A stretch of 64,000 bases of DNA, from positions 1,600,001 through 1,664,000 of the forward strand of contig OY761159.2 of assembly GCA_963664395.2 (NCBI GenBank), given 5' to 3'. The notes below the pieces were generated by a model. The model ran no database searches. It was given only the letters and a program-made list of their open reading frames with translations, and was not told where the DNA came from. Shown here piece by piece: positions 18,495 through 28,179 of the stretch. The first letter of the stretch is position 1, and each line of letters starts with the position of its first letter. The translations under genes were made by a program, and so were the position numbers. The stretch is from Candidatus Binatia bacterium. Its GTDB lineage: Bacteria > Desulfobacterota > Binatia > Bin18.

Positions 18495-18835
18495 TTACAC
18501 AAAGGGACGCAACATCGCCGGCAACAAAGCCTCCACATCTTCCCCCACACTTCCCCGTAGTGTCTCAACTTGCTGAACCTGCCTCTGCAAGCGGTCGAAC
18601 CAGTGTTGCCGCGCGCCTTGGCCTCGACCACCGCAATCGGAAAGTCGGGCCGGTAGCGCAACAGGTAGTCGGCGCGTTTCTGCTGGCCGCGGCGGGCCGT
18701 GCGGCCGACGAAGAAGATGCGCCCGTCGGTAAGAGTGCGCTGCTCGTTAATAGCGTGTGGAGGGGTGTCCCAGCCGGCGGCCTGGAGTGTGGGCACAACA
18801 AATGTGCGGCAGGTGTCGGCTTCAGTCAGCACCAC
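18495..18835 (-). pseudogene. hsdR: Collapsed type I RM locus: hsdR 5' end fused to probable hsdS 3' end
   Basis: TEADTCRTFVVP..GW..TDGRI..RADYLL..VVEAKA (18835 to about 18614), then in another frame RQHWFDRLQ..EALLPAMLRPFV* (18611-18495). Confidence 0.75.
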
Positions 18836-18880
18836 GGGCGCTCTTGCTGATGAGCGGGACGGTACGCCCGGAAACCGCGG

Positions 18881-20308
18881 CTAGGCGCGATAGGTGTGGC
18901 GTCCGCCCTGGCGTTCTTTGTTCAGCTTCTGATGCAAGTGCAGCCCTTCCAGGATGAACTCGGTTGCAGTGGAAATGAATCTGGGCTGGCCGGCAACGCC
19001 TAATACCGCCAGACTCTCCTGCATCCCTTGGATGTGTTGCACGCCTTCCAGGTATTCCTGAGACGGCATCATATCCGAAATTTCAACTCCCCCACCGTTC
19101 ACGAAATAGTCGATGACGGGCTTGAGATTTTCGATCTTGATATATTTGTCAAAAACTTTCTGGACGGCACGATTCACCAAACGCTCAATGAGGTCTCCAT
19201 CTTTCTGCTCTTCGCCCATGTATTCCAGCTCAATTTTTCCCGCAGTAGAGGGATAGAGCGCGTACAGGTCGCTGATGCGAGGCACCACATCGTGCTCGCC
19301 CAGGCGTACGGCTCGTTTCTCGGCATTACTGACCAGGCTCTCGAAGTTGTTGATCGTCATGCGGACACTCACCCCGGAGGATTGATTGATTTCGTTTGAG
19401 CCGCGCGCCTCCATGGTGAGTTGGGCACATATCTCTTTCATGAACCGTGGGGTGTCAACCACGAGGCCGTCATACGCGAAGCGGGCCGCTTCCTGCTCCA
19501 TAATGGAGATTTCTTCCTCAAGAGAGCGCGGGTAGTGGGTGCGAATTTGGACGTCAAAACGATCTTTCAGCGGAGTGATGATGCGCCCCCGACTCGTATA
19601 GTCTTCAGGATTCGCACTCGCCACAATAATGACATCGAGCGGCAGACGGACCTTGAAGCCTTTGACCTGAAAGTCTTGTTCTTCCATGAGATTGAACAGG
19701 CTAACCTGCACTTTCTCAGTCAGGTCGGGCAATTCGTTGACCGCGAAGATGCCGCGGTTCGTCCTGGGGATCAAACCGTAGTGGATGGTCTCCTCATCGG
19801 CCAGATAGCGCCCTTCGGCAACTTTAATCGGATCAACCTCACCGATGAGGTCGGCAACGGACACATCCGGCGTAGCCAGCTTCTCGGCATAGCGCTCGTC
19901 GCGTGACAGCCAGCTGACTTCAAGCGCCTCGCCGCGTTCTTCGGCGAGGCGACGCGCTTGTGGAGAGATAGGCGCCAGGGGATTCTCCGGAATTTCACTA
20001 TCACGAATAGTCGGCACATAGTCGTCCAGAAAGACTGTCAAGCCACGAATCACACGCGATTTTGCCTGCCCGCGCTCACCCAGAAAGACGATGTGATGCC
20101 CAGCCAGAACAGCATTTTCGATCTCTGGAATAACTGTCTCATCATAACCGATAATGCCAGGGAGCAAATTCCCCCCCACGGAGAGCCTACGGATCAAATT
20201 CGCCCGCATCTCTTCTCGCACGGAAAGCACTTGATAATCTACTTTCTTGAGGTCACCAACCGTCTGGACTTCACGACGGAGCGTTTCAGTTGGAATCGTC
20301 TGGTGCAC
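18881..20308 (-). CDS. Magnesium-chelatase-like AAA+ ATPase
   Basis: LGERGQAKSR, EKLATPD, NELPDL, ANPEDYTSRGRIITPLKDRF. Confidence 0.92.
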   Translation of the reverse strand: MHQTIPTETLRREVQTVGDLKKVDYQVLSVREEMRANLIRRLSVGGNLLPGIIGYDETVIPEIENAVLAGHHIVFLGERGQAKSRVIRGLTVFLDDYVPTIRDSEIPENPLAPISPQARRLAEERGEALEVSWLSRDERYAEKLATPDVSVADLIGEVDPIKVAEGRYLADEETIHYGLIPRTNRGIFAVNELPDLTEKVQVSLFNLMEEQDFQVKGFKVRLPLDVIIVASANPEDYTSRGRIITPLKDRFDVQIRTHYPRSLEEEISIMEQEAARFAYDGLVVDTPRFMKEICAQLTMEARGSNEINQSSGVSVRMTINNFESLVSNAEKRAVRLGEHDVVPRISDLYALYPSTAGKIELEYMGEEQKDGDLIERLVNRAVQKVFDKYIKIENLKPVIDYFVNGGGVEISDMMPSQEYLEGVQHIQGMQESLAVLGVAGQPRFISTATEFILEGLHLHQKLNKERQGGRHTYRA

Positions 20309-20440
20309 AATACTGCCTGCCTTTATTCAGAATTTCCGGTCCGTATCAAGATTTTCTATCGGGCTATTCGGAATGGAGCGCGGCCAAGGAAGTAAAGAGA
20401 AAGATGGGGACAGGGCCGCCGCGATTTGTCTCCTTCTACT

Positions 20441-20464
20441 GGGAGCGCGGGCAGCCTGCCCGCG
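20441..20464. repeat. REP-like palindrome
   Basis: GGGAG-CGCGGGCAG-C-CTGCCCGCG with perfect 9-bp arms; degenerate GGGCGGG..TGAAACC element follows at about 20483-20511. Confidence 0.65.
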
Positions 20465-20592
20465 AACGGGGCGCGACCGGATGGGCGGGAGGCCTGAAAC
20501 CTGTCGCGTACGTAACGGAGAGGGGCGGGAGCCGTCGCGTCGCCGGCATCCGGTGCTTTCCCAACATCCACAGCACTCCTGACACATGCGCC

Positions 20593-20934
20593 TCAATCTC
20601 GTCCGCCCGCGCCAGCTGTTTCAGGCTCGGTCTCCGGTTCGACCGCCTCAAGAGGCTGGCTGTCAACGCGGAGACGCAACTCTTTGCCGACCTTGAAAAG
20701 CGGAACTTTTTTTGCCGCAACGGCGACCACTTCCCCAGTTCTCGGGTTGCGCCCTTCCCGAGCAGGACGATGTTTGACAATAAAACTGCCGAATCCACGG
20801 ATTTCAATCCGCTCCGGCCTGGCCAGGGCCTCGGTCATACTGTCGAATACCGTATTGACCATGACCTCGGCATCCCGGCGTGAAAAACGAGGATAGCGCT
20901 GGGCGATTTCCTCAATCAAGTCTCTTTTCGTCAC
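20593..20934 (-). CDS. ihfB: Integration host factor beta
   Basis: RIEIRGFGSF, REGRNPRTGE, FKVGKELR; follows rpsA. Confidence 0.92.
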   Translation of the reverse strand: MTKRDLIEEIAQRYPRFSRRDAEVMVNTVFDSMTEALARPERIEIRGFGSFIVKHRPAREGRNPRTGEVVAVAAKKVPLFKVGKELRLRVDSQPLEAVEPETEPETAGAGGRD

Positions 20935-20961
20935 GTTGCTATCCTCTCCAGCAGGAAAGCC

Positions 20962-22845
20962 TTATGATTTCTGTTGGTCGCCGTCATCCCGATCAAGACG
21001 CAACTCTTCTCCCAAGATATCTTCAAAGGAGAACCGCGATCCGTCTCGTTCGCGCTGGAGATATGCCTCCATTTCCACTCGTTCTTCACTGCGTCGTAAT
21101 GCCTTTACACTCAGCCCCATTTTGTGTTCACGGGGATCAATATGGATCACCTCGGCCTCGACCTCGTTGCCGACCTCAAAAAGCGACGAGGGTTTCTCCA
21201 CTCGCTCCGTTGAGAGTTGAGAGATGTGAACCAGCCCCTCAATTCCGTCTGCAATTTCCACAAATACTCCAAAGTCTGTCACGCTCGTTACTTTTCCGTT
21301 GACCCGACTCCCCACAGGATGTTCTTGTTGGAGGGTGACCCAGGGATCGGCGCTTGATTGTTTAATACCGAGCGAGATTCGCTCGTTGTCGATATCAATG
21401 CCGAGAATAACGGCGTCAACCTCATCTCCCTTTTTGAACAGATCTGAAGGATGCTTAATTTTTCGGGTCCAATGCAGATCCGAGATATGCGCCAGACCGT
21501 CAATCCCTTCCTCAACCTCAATAAATACGCCAAAATCAGTAATACTTTTGACTTTGCCGTGGATGCGGCTGCCCACCGGGTGGGTGGCGCGTACAGTCTC
21601 CCACGGATTAGGAGAGACCTGTTTGAGCCCTAACGATATGCGACGGTGGGCGGGGTCAAGATCGAGTACCATGACTTCGACCTCATCTCCAACGGAGAGC
21701 AGTTTCGAGGGGTGAGAAATCCGCTTTGTCCACGACATTTCAGAGACGTGCAACAGGCCCTCCACTCCCTGCTCCAGTTCCACAAAGGCCCCGTAATCGG
21801 CCAAGCTCACGATCTTGCCGTGCACCCGACTGCCGGGCAGGTAGCGTTCTGTGACCGACCCCCACGGGTCGGGGGCGAGTTGTTTCAGTCCAAGTGAAAC
21901 ACGCTCCTTTTCCACATCAAACTTGAGGACAACGACCTGAATCGTCTCCCCAGCCTTGATCATCTCAGAAGGGTGACCGATCCGTCCCCAAGACATATCG
22001 GTGATATGCAGGAGACCATCCAGCCCCCCCAGGTCAACAAAGGCCCCGTAATCAGTGATATTTTTGACCATCCCCTCAAGGATGACACCTTCATCGAGAA
22101 CCTTGAGCGTCTCTCCCCGAAGCGAGGTACGTTCTTGCTCCAGCACTGCCCGTCGCGACACGACCACATTGGAGCGGGCACGATTGTATTTGAGGATGAC
22201 AAACTTACCGGTTTTCCCCAGGAATTGATCCAGGTCTCGGATGGGACGAATGTCAACATGAGAGCCAGGTAAAAACGCGGTCACCCCAATGTCGACGCGC
22301 AATCCGCCTTTGACTTTTCCAACGATTGAACCCTCGACTGGAGTATGACTGTTGAACGCCTCTTCGATGTCTCGCCAAATACGGAATTGTTCCGCTTTCG
22401 CTCGTGATAGAATGATCCCCTCTTGATCAGAGTCAGCCGAGTCGAAATAGACCTCTATTTCATCTCCTTCATTGACCGTTATCTGGCCATCACGCTGGCG
22501 AAATTCAGCCAGAGGAATATGTCCTTCTGATTTATAGCCGATATCAATTGTGACAAATTCCGGTCCGATATTCACCACACGCCCACCGACGATCTCACCC
22601 GGTTGAACCGAGCGCATGCTTTCTTCAAACATTTGGCCAAAGTCTTCTCCACCGCCTTTTCCCGGCTGGGCTGGTGCCGCCGGCGGGGTCTCACTGCCAG
22701 CCTCTACCGTCTCTGCCGGCTGGCTCTCGTGTGACGCTTGGCTCTCATTGTCAACGCTGCTTGTTTGGGCTTGCTCTGTGACCTCGCTGTGAGTTGGCGT
22801 GGTTTCTTCAACGTTGTTGTGTTCGTTATGTTCGTTATGTTCCAT
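20962..22845 (-). CDS. rpsA: 30S ribosomal protein S1 with acidic N-terminal extension
   Basis: Repeated S1 domains (DYGAFVDLGG.DGLLH); N-terminal EHN repeat from a 9-bp tandem. Confidence 0.98.
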   Translation of the reverse strand: MEHNEHNEHNNVEETTPTHSEVTEQAQTSSVDNESQASHESQPAETVEAGSETPPAAPAQPGKGGGEDFGQMFEESMRSVQPGEIVGGRVVNIGPEFVTIDIGYKSEGHIPLAEFRQRDGQITVNEGDEIEVYFDSADSDQEGIILSRAKAEQFRIWRDIEEAFNSHTPVEGSIVGKVKGGLRVDIGVTAFLPGSHVDIRPIRDLDQFLGKTGKFVILKYNRARSNVVVSRRAVLEQERTSLRGETLKVLDEGVILEGMVKNITDYGAFVDLGGLDGLLHITDMSWGRIGHPSEMIKAGETIQVVVLKFDVEKERVSLGLKQLAPDPWGSVTERYLPGSRVHGKIVSLADYGAFVELEQGVEGLLHVSEMSWTKRISHPSKLLSVGDEVEVMVLDLDPAHRRISLGLKQVSPNPWETVRATHPVGSRIHGKVKSITDFGVFIEVEEGIDGLAHISDLHWTRKIKHPSDLFKKGDEVDAVILGIDIDNERISLGIKQSSADPWVTLQQEHPVGSRVNGKVTSVTDFGVFVEIADGIEGLVHISQLSTERVEKPSSLFEVGNEVEAEVIHIDPREHKMGLSVKALRRSEERVEMEAYLQRERDGSRFSFEDILGEELRLDRDDGDQQKS

Positions 22846-22919
22846 AGTTATGGTTTACCCCCCTACGAAGCTCCCGTACCTTGCCACTGCATACTCCCCT
22901 CTCGGCTCGGTTGCAAGAG

Positions 22920-23633
22920 CTACGAGCCCGACTTTTCCTTTTTGCTTTCAATACTTGCATGGGCGCGGACTAATCCGGCCATACTGTCAACTACTTCAGC
23001 CTGGGTCAATGTGGTGGTATCGATACGCACGGCATCAGCCGCAGGTCGGAGGGGGGCATGAGCGCGTTCGCTGTCACGTCGGTCTCGCTCAGCCATCTCT
23101 TGGCGTGTCTGCTCAAGCGAAATATTGGCCGCCTCCCGTTGTTGCAGCTCAGCATAGCGCCGTCGACTCCGTTCTTCGATCGAGGCATCCAGAAATATCT
23201 TTATATCGGCATTCGGAAAAACAACCGTCCCAATATCGCGCCCGTCAAGGATTGCCGCTCCGCTCCCTCCGAGCCGACGTTGAAGCCCGAGAAGAGCGTG
23301 GCGGACACGCGGCTGAGCTGAGACTTTTGAGGCCATCTGACTCATTTCCGGGCGACGGATATCGGCCGTAACATCCCGACTTCCCAAAAGAATATGGGTT
23401 TCCGAGAGTACAATATCCGCGGTATCACATAACGCCGCCAGTCGCTCGCCGTCGTCAGGACTCACGCCCTGCTCCCAGGCGAGTAAGCCAATAGTCCGGT
23501 AGAGCGCCCCAGTATCAATATAGCGATAGCCGAGCCGTTCGGCCAAAAGACGGCTGACCGTACTCTTGCCTGCGCCGGCCGGACCATCGATAGCGATGAT
23601 GAGGCCCTTCTTCCCCTTCTTCGTCTCCGGCAT
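22920..23633 (-). CDS. cmk: Cytidylate kinase
   Basis: IAIDGPAGAGKST, DTGALYR, DGRDIGTVVFP; ATGA overlap with aroA. Confidence 0.97.
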   Translation of the reverse strand: MPETKKGKKGLIIAIDGPAGAGKSTVSRLLAERLGYRYIDTGALYRTIGLLAWEQGVSPDDGERLAALCDTADIVLSETHILLGSRDVTADIRRPEMSQMASKVSAQPRVRHALLGLQRRLGGSGAAILDGRDIGTVVFPNADIKIFLDASIEERSRRRYAELQQREAANISLEQTRQEMAERDRRDSERAHAPLRPAADAVRIDTTTLTQAEVVDSMAGLVRAHASIESKKEKSGS

Positions 23634-24958
23634 CAAACTGTCCCCAGATGGACTCCGGTCACCTCTTGTACCATGCGGTAATATCCGGGAAAGGAAATAG
23701 CAATGCACTCCGACTCTTCGACCACGACGCCCTCGTCTGAGCCGAGTCCGGCCACACTCAGCGCCATGGCGATGCGGTGGTCCCCCTGGCTGTGGACCGT
23801 TCCGCCCCACACGCGCGCCTGCCCGACGATCACCAGCCCATCCGGCAGTTCTTCAACCGTCACCCCGAGGGCAGCTAATGCGGCTGCCAGAGCGTGAATG
23901 CGATCGCTCTCTTTGACGCGGAGTTCCCCGGCCCCGCGAATGACGGATGTACCTTGGGCAAACGCCATGGCCACGGCAAGCAGCGGCAGTTCATCAATGG
24001 CTCGGACAACAAGCGCGCCGTCAATTTCTATCCCGCGCAAGGGGCTTGAGCGGACCACAATGTCCCCGCTGGGCTCCCCGCAGACGTCTCGTGCATTGTG
24101 TATCTCGATCCGTGCCCCCATGGCTCGAAAGATATCCACTATCCCCGTCCGGGTTGGATTAAGTCCAATATCGCGGATACACAACTCCGAGTGAGGCAGC
24201 AGGAGTGCTGCCCCGATAAAAAAGGCCGCAGAAGAGAAGTCACCGGGAACACTCACATCCTGGGCATGCAGCGGCGTCCCGCCTTCAATCGACACGGTTC
24301 GCCCCCGCACCTCAAGCCGCCCCCCGAATGCGGGTAACAGGCGCTCGGTATGATCACGGGAACGTTCAGGCTCTATGACCGTCGTCCGCCCGTTGGCGCG
24401 CAGACCAGCCAACAGGATGGCCGATTTGACTTGGGCGCTGGCCACCGGACTCTCATACGTAATACCGGTCAGTGTCCCGGCCCGGCCTGTAATCCGTAAA
24501 GGCGCACAGTGCTGTCCGCCTTCACTTTCAATCGCGGCGCCCATCAGCCGCAATGGCTCAATCACCCGCCCCATGGGGCGCCGCCGGAGCGACGCATCCC
24601 CGTCCAGACGGGACGCAAAGGAGCAACCGGCCAGGATACCGGAAAGCAGGCGCATCGTGGTTCCGGAATTCCCACAATCTATGCTGGCGTCAGCAGCGGT
24701 AGGCGGGTGTAGATGATCCCAGCCGGGGCTGCTCACGCTAACCGTTGTGTCCTGTTGTGCGATGTCAACTCCCAGCAATTGAACGGCCTGGAGCGTCCGC
24801 AGATTATCCTCGCCAAGCGAACAACCCCGGATGCAGCTTGCTCCTTTGGCCAAGGCCGCAAACAGCACGGCGCGGTGGCTGATGGACTTATCGCCCGGCA
24901 GGCGGACCTCGCCCCGTATTCCGTGAGGAGCGGGCGGGATCGTTACCGACGTACTCAT
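23633..24958 (-). CDS. aroA: EPSP synthase
   Basis: PGDKSISHR, GNSGTTMRL, SAQVKSA, RDHTER, ELRVKESDRI, DHRIAM. Confidence 0.98.
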   Translation of the reverse strand: MSTSVTIPPAPHGIRGEVRLPGDKSISHRAVLFAALAKGASCIRGCSLGEDNLRTLQAVQLLGVDIAQQDTTVSVSSPGWDHLHPPTAADASIDCGNSGTTMRLLSGILAGCSFASRLDGDASLRRRPMGRVIEPLRLMGAAIESEGGQHCAPLRITGRAGTLTGITYESPVASAQVKSAILLAGLRANGRTTVIEPERSRDHTERLLPAFGGRLEVRGRTVSIEGGTPLHAQDVSVPGDFSSAAFFIGAALLLPHSELCIRDIGLNPTRTGIVDIFRAMGARIEIHNARDVCGEPSGDIVVRSSPLRGIEIDGALVVRAIDELPLLAVAMAFAQGTSVIRGAGELRVKESDRIHALAAALAALGVTVEELPDGLVIVGQARVWGGTVHSQGDHRIAMALSVAGLGSDEGVVVEESECIAISFPGYYRMVQEVTGVHLGTV

Positions 24959-25857
24959 TTCCCCTCTCGCAGACGAGTGAGGCGCTGACGTTCTTGGCGC
25001 GCCCGCGCAATATCCGCTGAGAGTGTTTTCCCGTCCCCCTCAGCCAGCGCGACTTTCATCTGAGCCAGCGCGGCTTCAAAACTGGAAATAGCAGACAGCA
25101 ACGCCTCACGATTCTCAAGACAGATATCACGCCACATCTCTACCGGACTCGCCGCCACCCGAGTCAGGTCAGCAAACGCACTGCCCGCATACACAAGCGG
25201 ATCAAGCTGTTCTGACGGTGACCGGGTCGAGTGCGGAAACGCCTGCAGGAGTCCATTTATTACACTAAACGCGATGAGATGGGGCAAGTGGCTCACCTGG
25301 GCGAGGATGCTATCGTGGACCTCAGCATCCATCTCTTCGACGCGCATACCCACGCCTTCCCACAAGGCCCGGACCCGCGCCAGCGCGTGAGCGTCGGTCT
25401 TGTCGGTAGGCGTCAACACACATAAACGTCCCTCAAAGAGCGTTGCAAAGGCGGCCTCAGCCCCGGCGTTCTCGGTCCCGGCGATAGGATGCGCGGCCAC
25501 ACAGGGCAGCGAGGCGGGGACAAGAGCTTCGAGCGCGGCCACCACAGGCGCTTTGACACTGCCCGCATCCGTCACAATACAGCCTGGCGGGAGATAGGGT
25601 ATAAACTGCTGCATGACCGGCCCGGTCGCCTGAACCGGAACAGCCAGCAGGACGCCGTCGGTTCCCTGGGCCGCTTCGGCCGGATCAAACGTATAGGAAT
25701 CAATGAGGCCGCGGTCGAGCGCAATTTTCAGATTGGCTTCGGTCCGCCCAAAGCCTACCACCTCTTCAACCAGGCCTCGCGCTTTGGCCGCCAGTCCGAG
25801 CGAACCGCCAATCAGACCAACCCCGACGATAAGAAGACGATGAAATAAAAGTGGCAT
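24955..25857 (-). CDS. tyrA: Prephenate dehydrogenase
   Basis: GVGLIGGS, DAGSVK, HPIAGTE, SHLPH, TRVAAS. Confidence 0.95.
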   Translation of the reverse strand: MPLLFHRLLIVGVGLIGGSLGLAAKARGLVEEVVGFGRTEANLKIALDRGLIDSYTFDPAEAAQGTDGVLLAVPVQATGPVMQQFIPYLPPGCIVTDAGSVKAPVVAALEALVPASLPCVAAHPIAGTENAGAEAAFATLFEGRLCVLTPTDKTDAHALARVRALWEGVGMRVEEMDAEVHDSILAQVSHLPHLIAFSVINGLLQAFPHSTRSPSEQLDPLVYAGSAFADLTRVAASPVEMWRDICLENREALLSAISSFEAALAQMKVALAEGDGKTLSADIARARQERQRLTRLREGK

Positions 25858-25873
25858 AGTGTATGCGGTCCGC

Positions 25874-26959
25874 CTACGAGTGCAGCTTCTCCAGAGCCGC
25901 AATAAAGCGTTCGTTTTCCTCAGGAAGACCCACACTCACGCGGGCGTAGCCGGGATAGCCATAGCCCTCCATGGGCCGAATAATAATCCCCTGGGGCAGG
26001 AGCTGTTGCGTCACGCCGGGACCCACTTTCACCAGGAGAAAATTCCCCCAGGTAGGAGCGTATGCCACCCCGAGGCGGTCCAACTCCCGACGCAGATAGG
26101 CAAGCCCGTGCCGATTATTGTCCTGGGTCTTGCGTATATGCTCGGTATCATCCAGCGCCGCTAACGCGCCCACTTGGGCGAGCGTATTCACATTAAAGGG
26201 CTGGCGGATACGGTTGAGCGCATCAATCACTTCCGGTGAGGAAATGCCGTAGCCAACGCGCACGCCGGCCAGACCACAGATCTTGGAAAACGTGCGCAGG
26301 GTGATGAGCGCCCGCCCATCCGAATGATAGTCAAGCGAATTGGGGTAGTCCGCATCTTCGACAAATTCAAAATAGGCTTCGTCGACGACGATCACCACAG
26401 CCGGGGGCACTTTCTCCAGAAAAGCCTCCCAGTCCGTCTTGGTGTAGATCGTCCCAGTGGGATTATTGGGGTTATCCAAAAAAATGATGCGTGTATCGGG
26501 CTCAATTGCCCGCGCCATGGCGTCCAAATCAAAGGCAAAACCGGTATGCGGAACGGTAATGGTGCGGCCGCCGGCCGCGTGCACACACAGATGATAAATG
26601 GCAAACGCGTGCTCCGCGGCGACAATCGATTCACCCACACGTAAAAAGGTCCGCACGATCATTTCGATTAATTCGTTCGAGCCGTTGCCAATAATAATCC
26701 GCCCACGGTCCAGCCCGAATTTCTCGGCCAGACGGTGTTTGAGATAAAAGGCATCGCCGTCAGGATACAGATTGAGCTGCGGCAGCGCTGCCCGAATCGC
26801 CTCAAGCGCTTTTGGAGACGGTCCCAAGGGATTCTCGTTTGAGGCGATTTTCACCGAGTTGCTGATACCGTATTCCCGCTCCACCTCTTCAATCGGCTTT
26901 CCAGGCTGATACGGGGTAAGACTCAAGACCCAATCCGGTACATATTTTCGGATATCCAT
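25874..26959 (-). CDS. hisC: Histidinol-phosphate aminotransferase
   Basis: YQPGKP, SNENPLG, NPNNPTG, DEAY, RTFSK. Confidence 0.96.
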   Translation of the reverse strand: MDIRKYVPDWVLSLTPYQPGKPIEEVEREYGISNSVKIASNENPLGPSPKALEAIRAALPQLNLYPDGDAFYLKHRLAEKFGLDRGRIIIGNGSNELIEMIVRTFLRVGESIVAAEHAFAIYHLCVHAAGGRTITVPHTGFAFDLDAMARAIEPDTRIIFLDNPNNPTGTIYTKTDWEAFLEKVPPAVVIVVDEAYFEFVEDADYPNSLDYHSDGRALITLRTFSKICGLAGVRVGYGISSPEVIDALNRIRQPFNVNTLAQVGALAALDDTEHIRKTQDNNRHGLAYLRRELDRLGVAYAPTWGNFLLVKVGPGVTQQLLPQGIIIRPMEGYGYPGYARVSVGLPEENERFIAALEKLHS

Positions 26960-26965
26960 ACTCGT

Positions 26966-28090
26966 TCACCGTTTTTGTTGCACCGGCACAAAGGACGCAT
27001 ACGAACCCAGCACTTTGACCGACATACAGCGGGGTTCGATCTCTCGCAGTGCGTCGGCGAGAGCCCGGTCACTCGCATGTCCTTCAATATCGATAAAAAA
27101 GACGTATTCCCACGGGCGACCTTTGAGGGGCCGGGATTCGATCCGTAACAGGTTGATACTGTGATCGGCAAACGGCTTCAGCACCTGATACAGCACGCCC
27201 GACTCATCCCGGACAGACAGCACCAAAGAAGTTTTGTCATCCCCGGTTGGTTTGCCGGTCTGTGGGGTCCGGCTCAGGATGGCGAAACGGGTGTAGTTCG
27301 CCGCTTGATCCTGGATATCCGCCTCTATGATATTGAGCCGATAGCGCGCCGCGGCCAGCCGTCCGGCAATCGCTGCGGCCTGTGGATCGCTCCGCACCAG
27401 CTCGGCAGCGCGGGAATTGCTCGATGCCGCCTGCGTGGGAACACCCGGCAAATGCGTGGCCAGCCAGTGCTGACATTGCGCCAGAGACTGCGGATGGGCC
27501 AGTACGCGCTGAAGCCGCTCTCGCTTTGTCGCGCGGCTGAGCAGACAGTGCCGAATTTCCAGCGACCGTTCCGCAATAATATGCAGATTCGTTTCAATAA
27601 AGAGATCAAGCGTGATGGCGACCGAGCCTTGACTCGAATTCTCGACCGGCACGACTCCGTATTCGACCTGGCCACTTTCAACTGCTGAGAAAATCTGAGG
27701 AATCGTCTCTACCGGGACAAACTCAGCGTTTGACCCAAACTGCTCTTCACTCGCCATATGGGCATAACTCGCCTCCGGTCCAAGATAGGCAACCCGCAGG
27801 GACGTTTCGAGCGCGCGTGAGGCCGAAATAATCTCGCGATAAATGACCCGAATGGATTCGTCCGGGAGCGGCCCGGTGTTCAACTCAGCTAAACGGGCGA
27901 GAATGGCCCGTTCCCGGCTCGGCACATAGACCGCGCTTGTCTTCCCTTTCTTCTCTCCAATCTGTTGAGCCAGACGGGCGCGGCGATTCAACAGGGTAAG
28001 GATGTGTGCATCGATACGATCGATTTTCTCTCTGAACGCATCTAACGTCGCTTGTGCTGCGTGCGAAGAGGAAGAATGTTTGTGCGCCAC
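26966..28090 (-). CDS. pheA: Chorismate mutase/prephenate dehydratase
   Basis: N-terminal CM domain, VAYLGP, PVENS, NYTRF, IESRP. Confidence 0.97.
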   Translation of the reverse strand: MAHKHSSSSHAAQATLDAFREKIDRIDAHILTLLNRRARLAQQIGEKKGKTSAVYVPSRERAILARLAELNTGPLPDESIRVIYREIISASRALETSLRVAYLGPEASYAHMASEEQFGSNAEFVPVETIPQIFSAVESGQVEYGVVPVENSSQGSVAITLDLFIETNLHIIAERSLEIRHCLLSRATKRERLQRVLAHPQSLAQCQHWLATHLPGVPTQAASSNSRAAELVRSDPQAAAIAGRLAAARYRLNIIEADIQDQAANYTRFAILSRTPQTGKPTGDDKTSLVLSVRDESGVLYQVLKPFADHSINLLRIESRPLKGRPWEYVFFIDIEGHASDRALADALREIEPRCMSVKVLGSYASFVPVQQKR

Positions 28091-28121
28091 ACGGCGTTTC
28101 TTACTATGATTTACCGAGCCA

Positions 28122-28153
28122 GTCTATGCGCGTGGGTCTATGCGCGTGGGTCT
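28122..28153. repeat. 14-bp tandem repeat
   Basis: GTCTATGCGCGTGG x2 plus GTCT between accA and pheA. Confidence 0.85.
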
Positions 28154-28179
28154 CTCCATCCAAACGATACGGCTGAATT

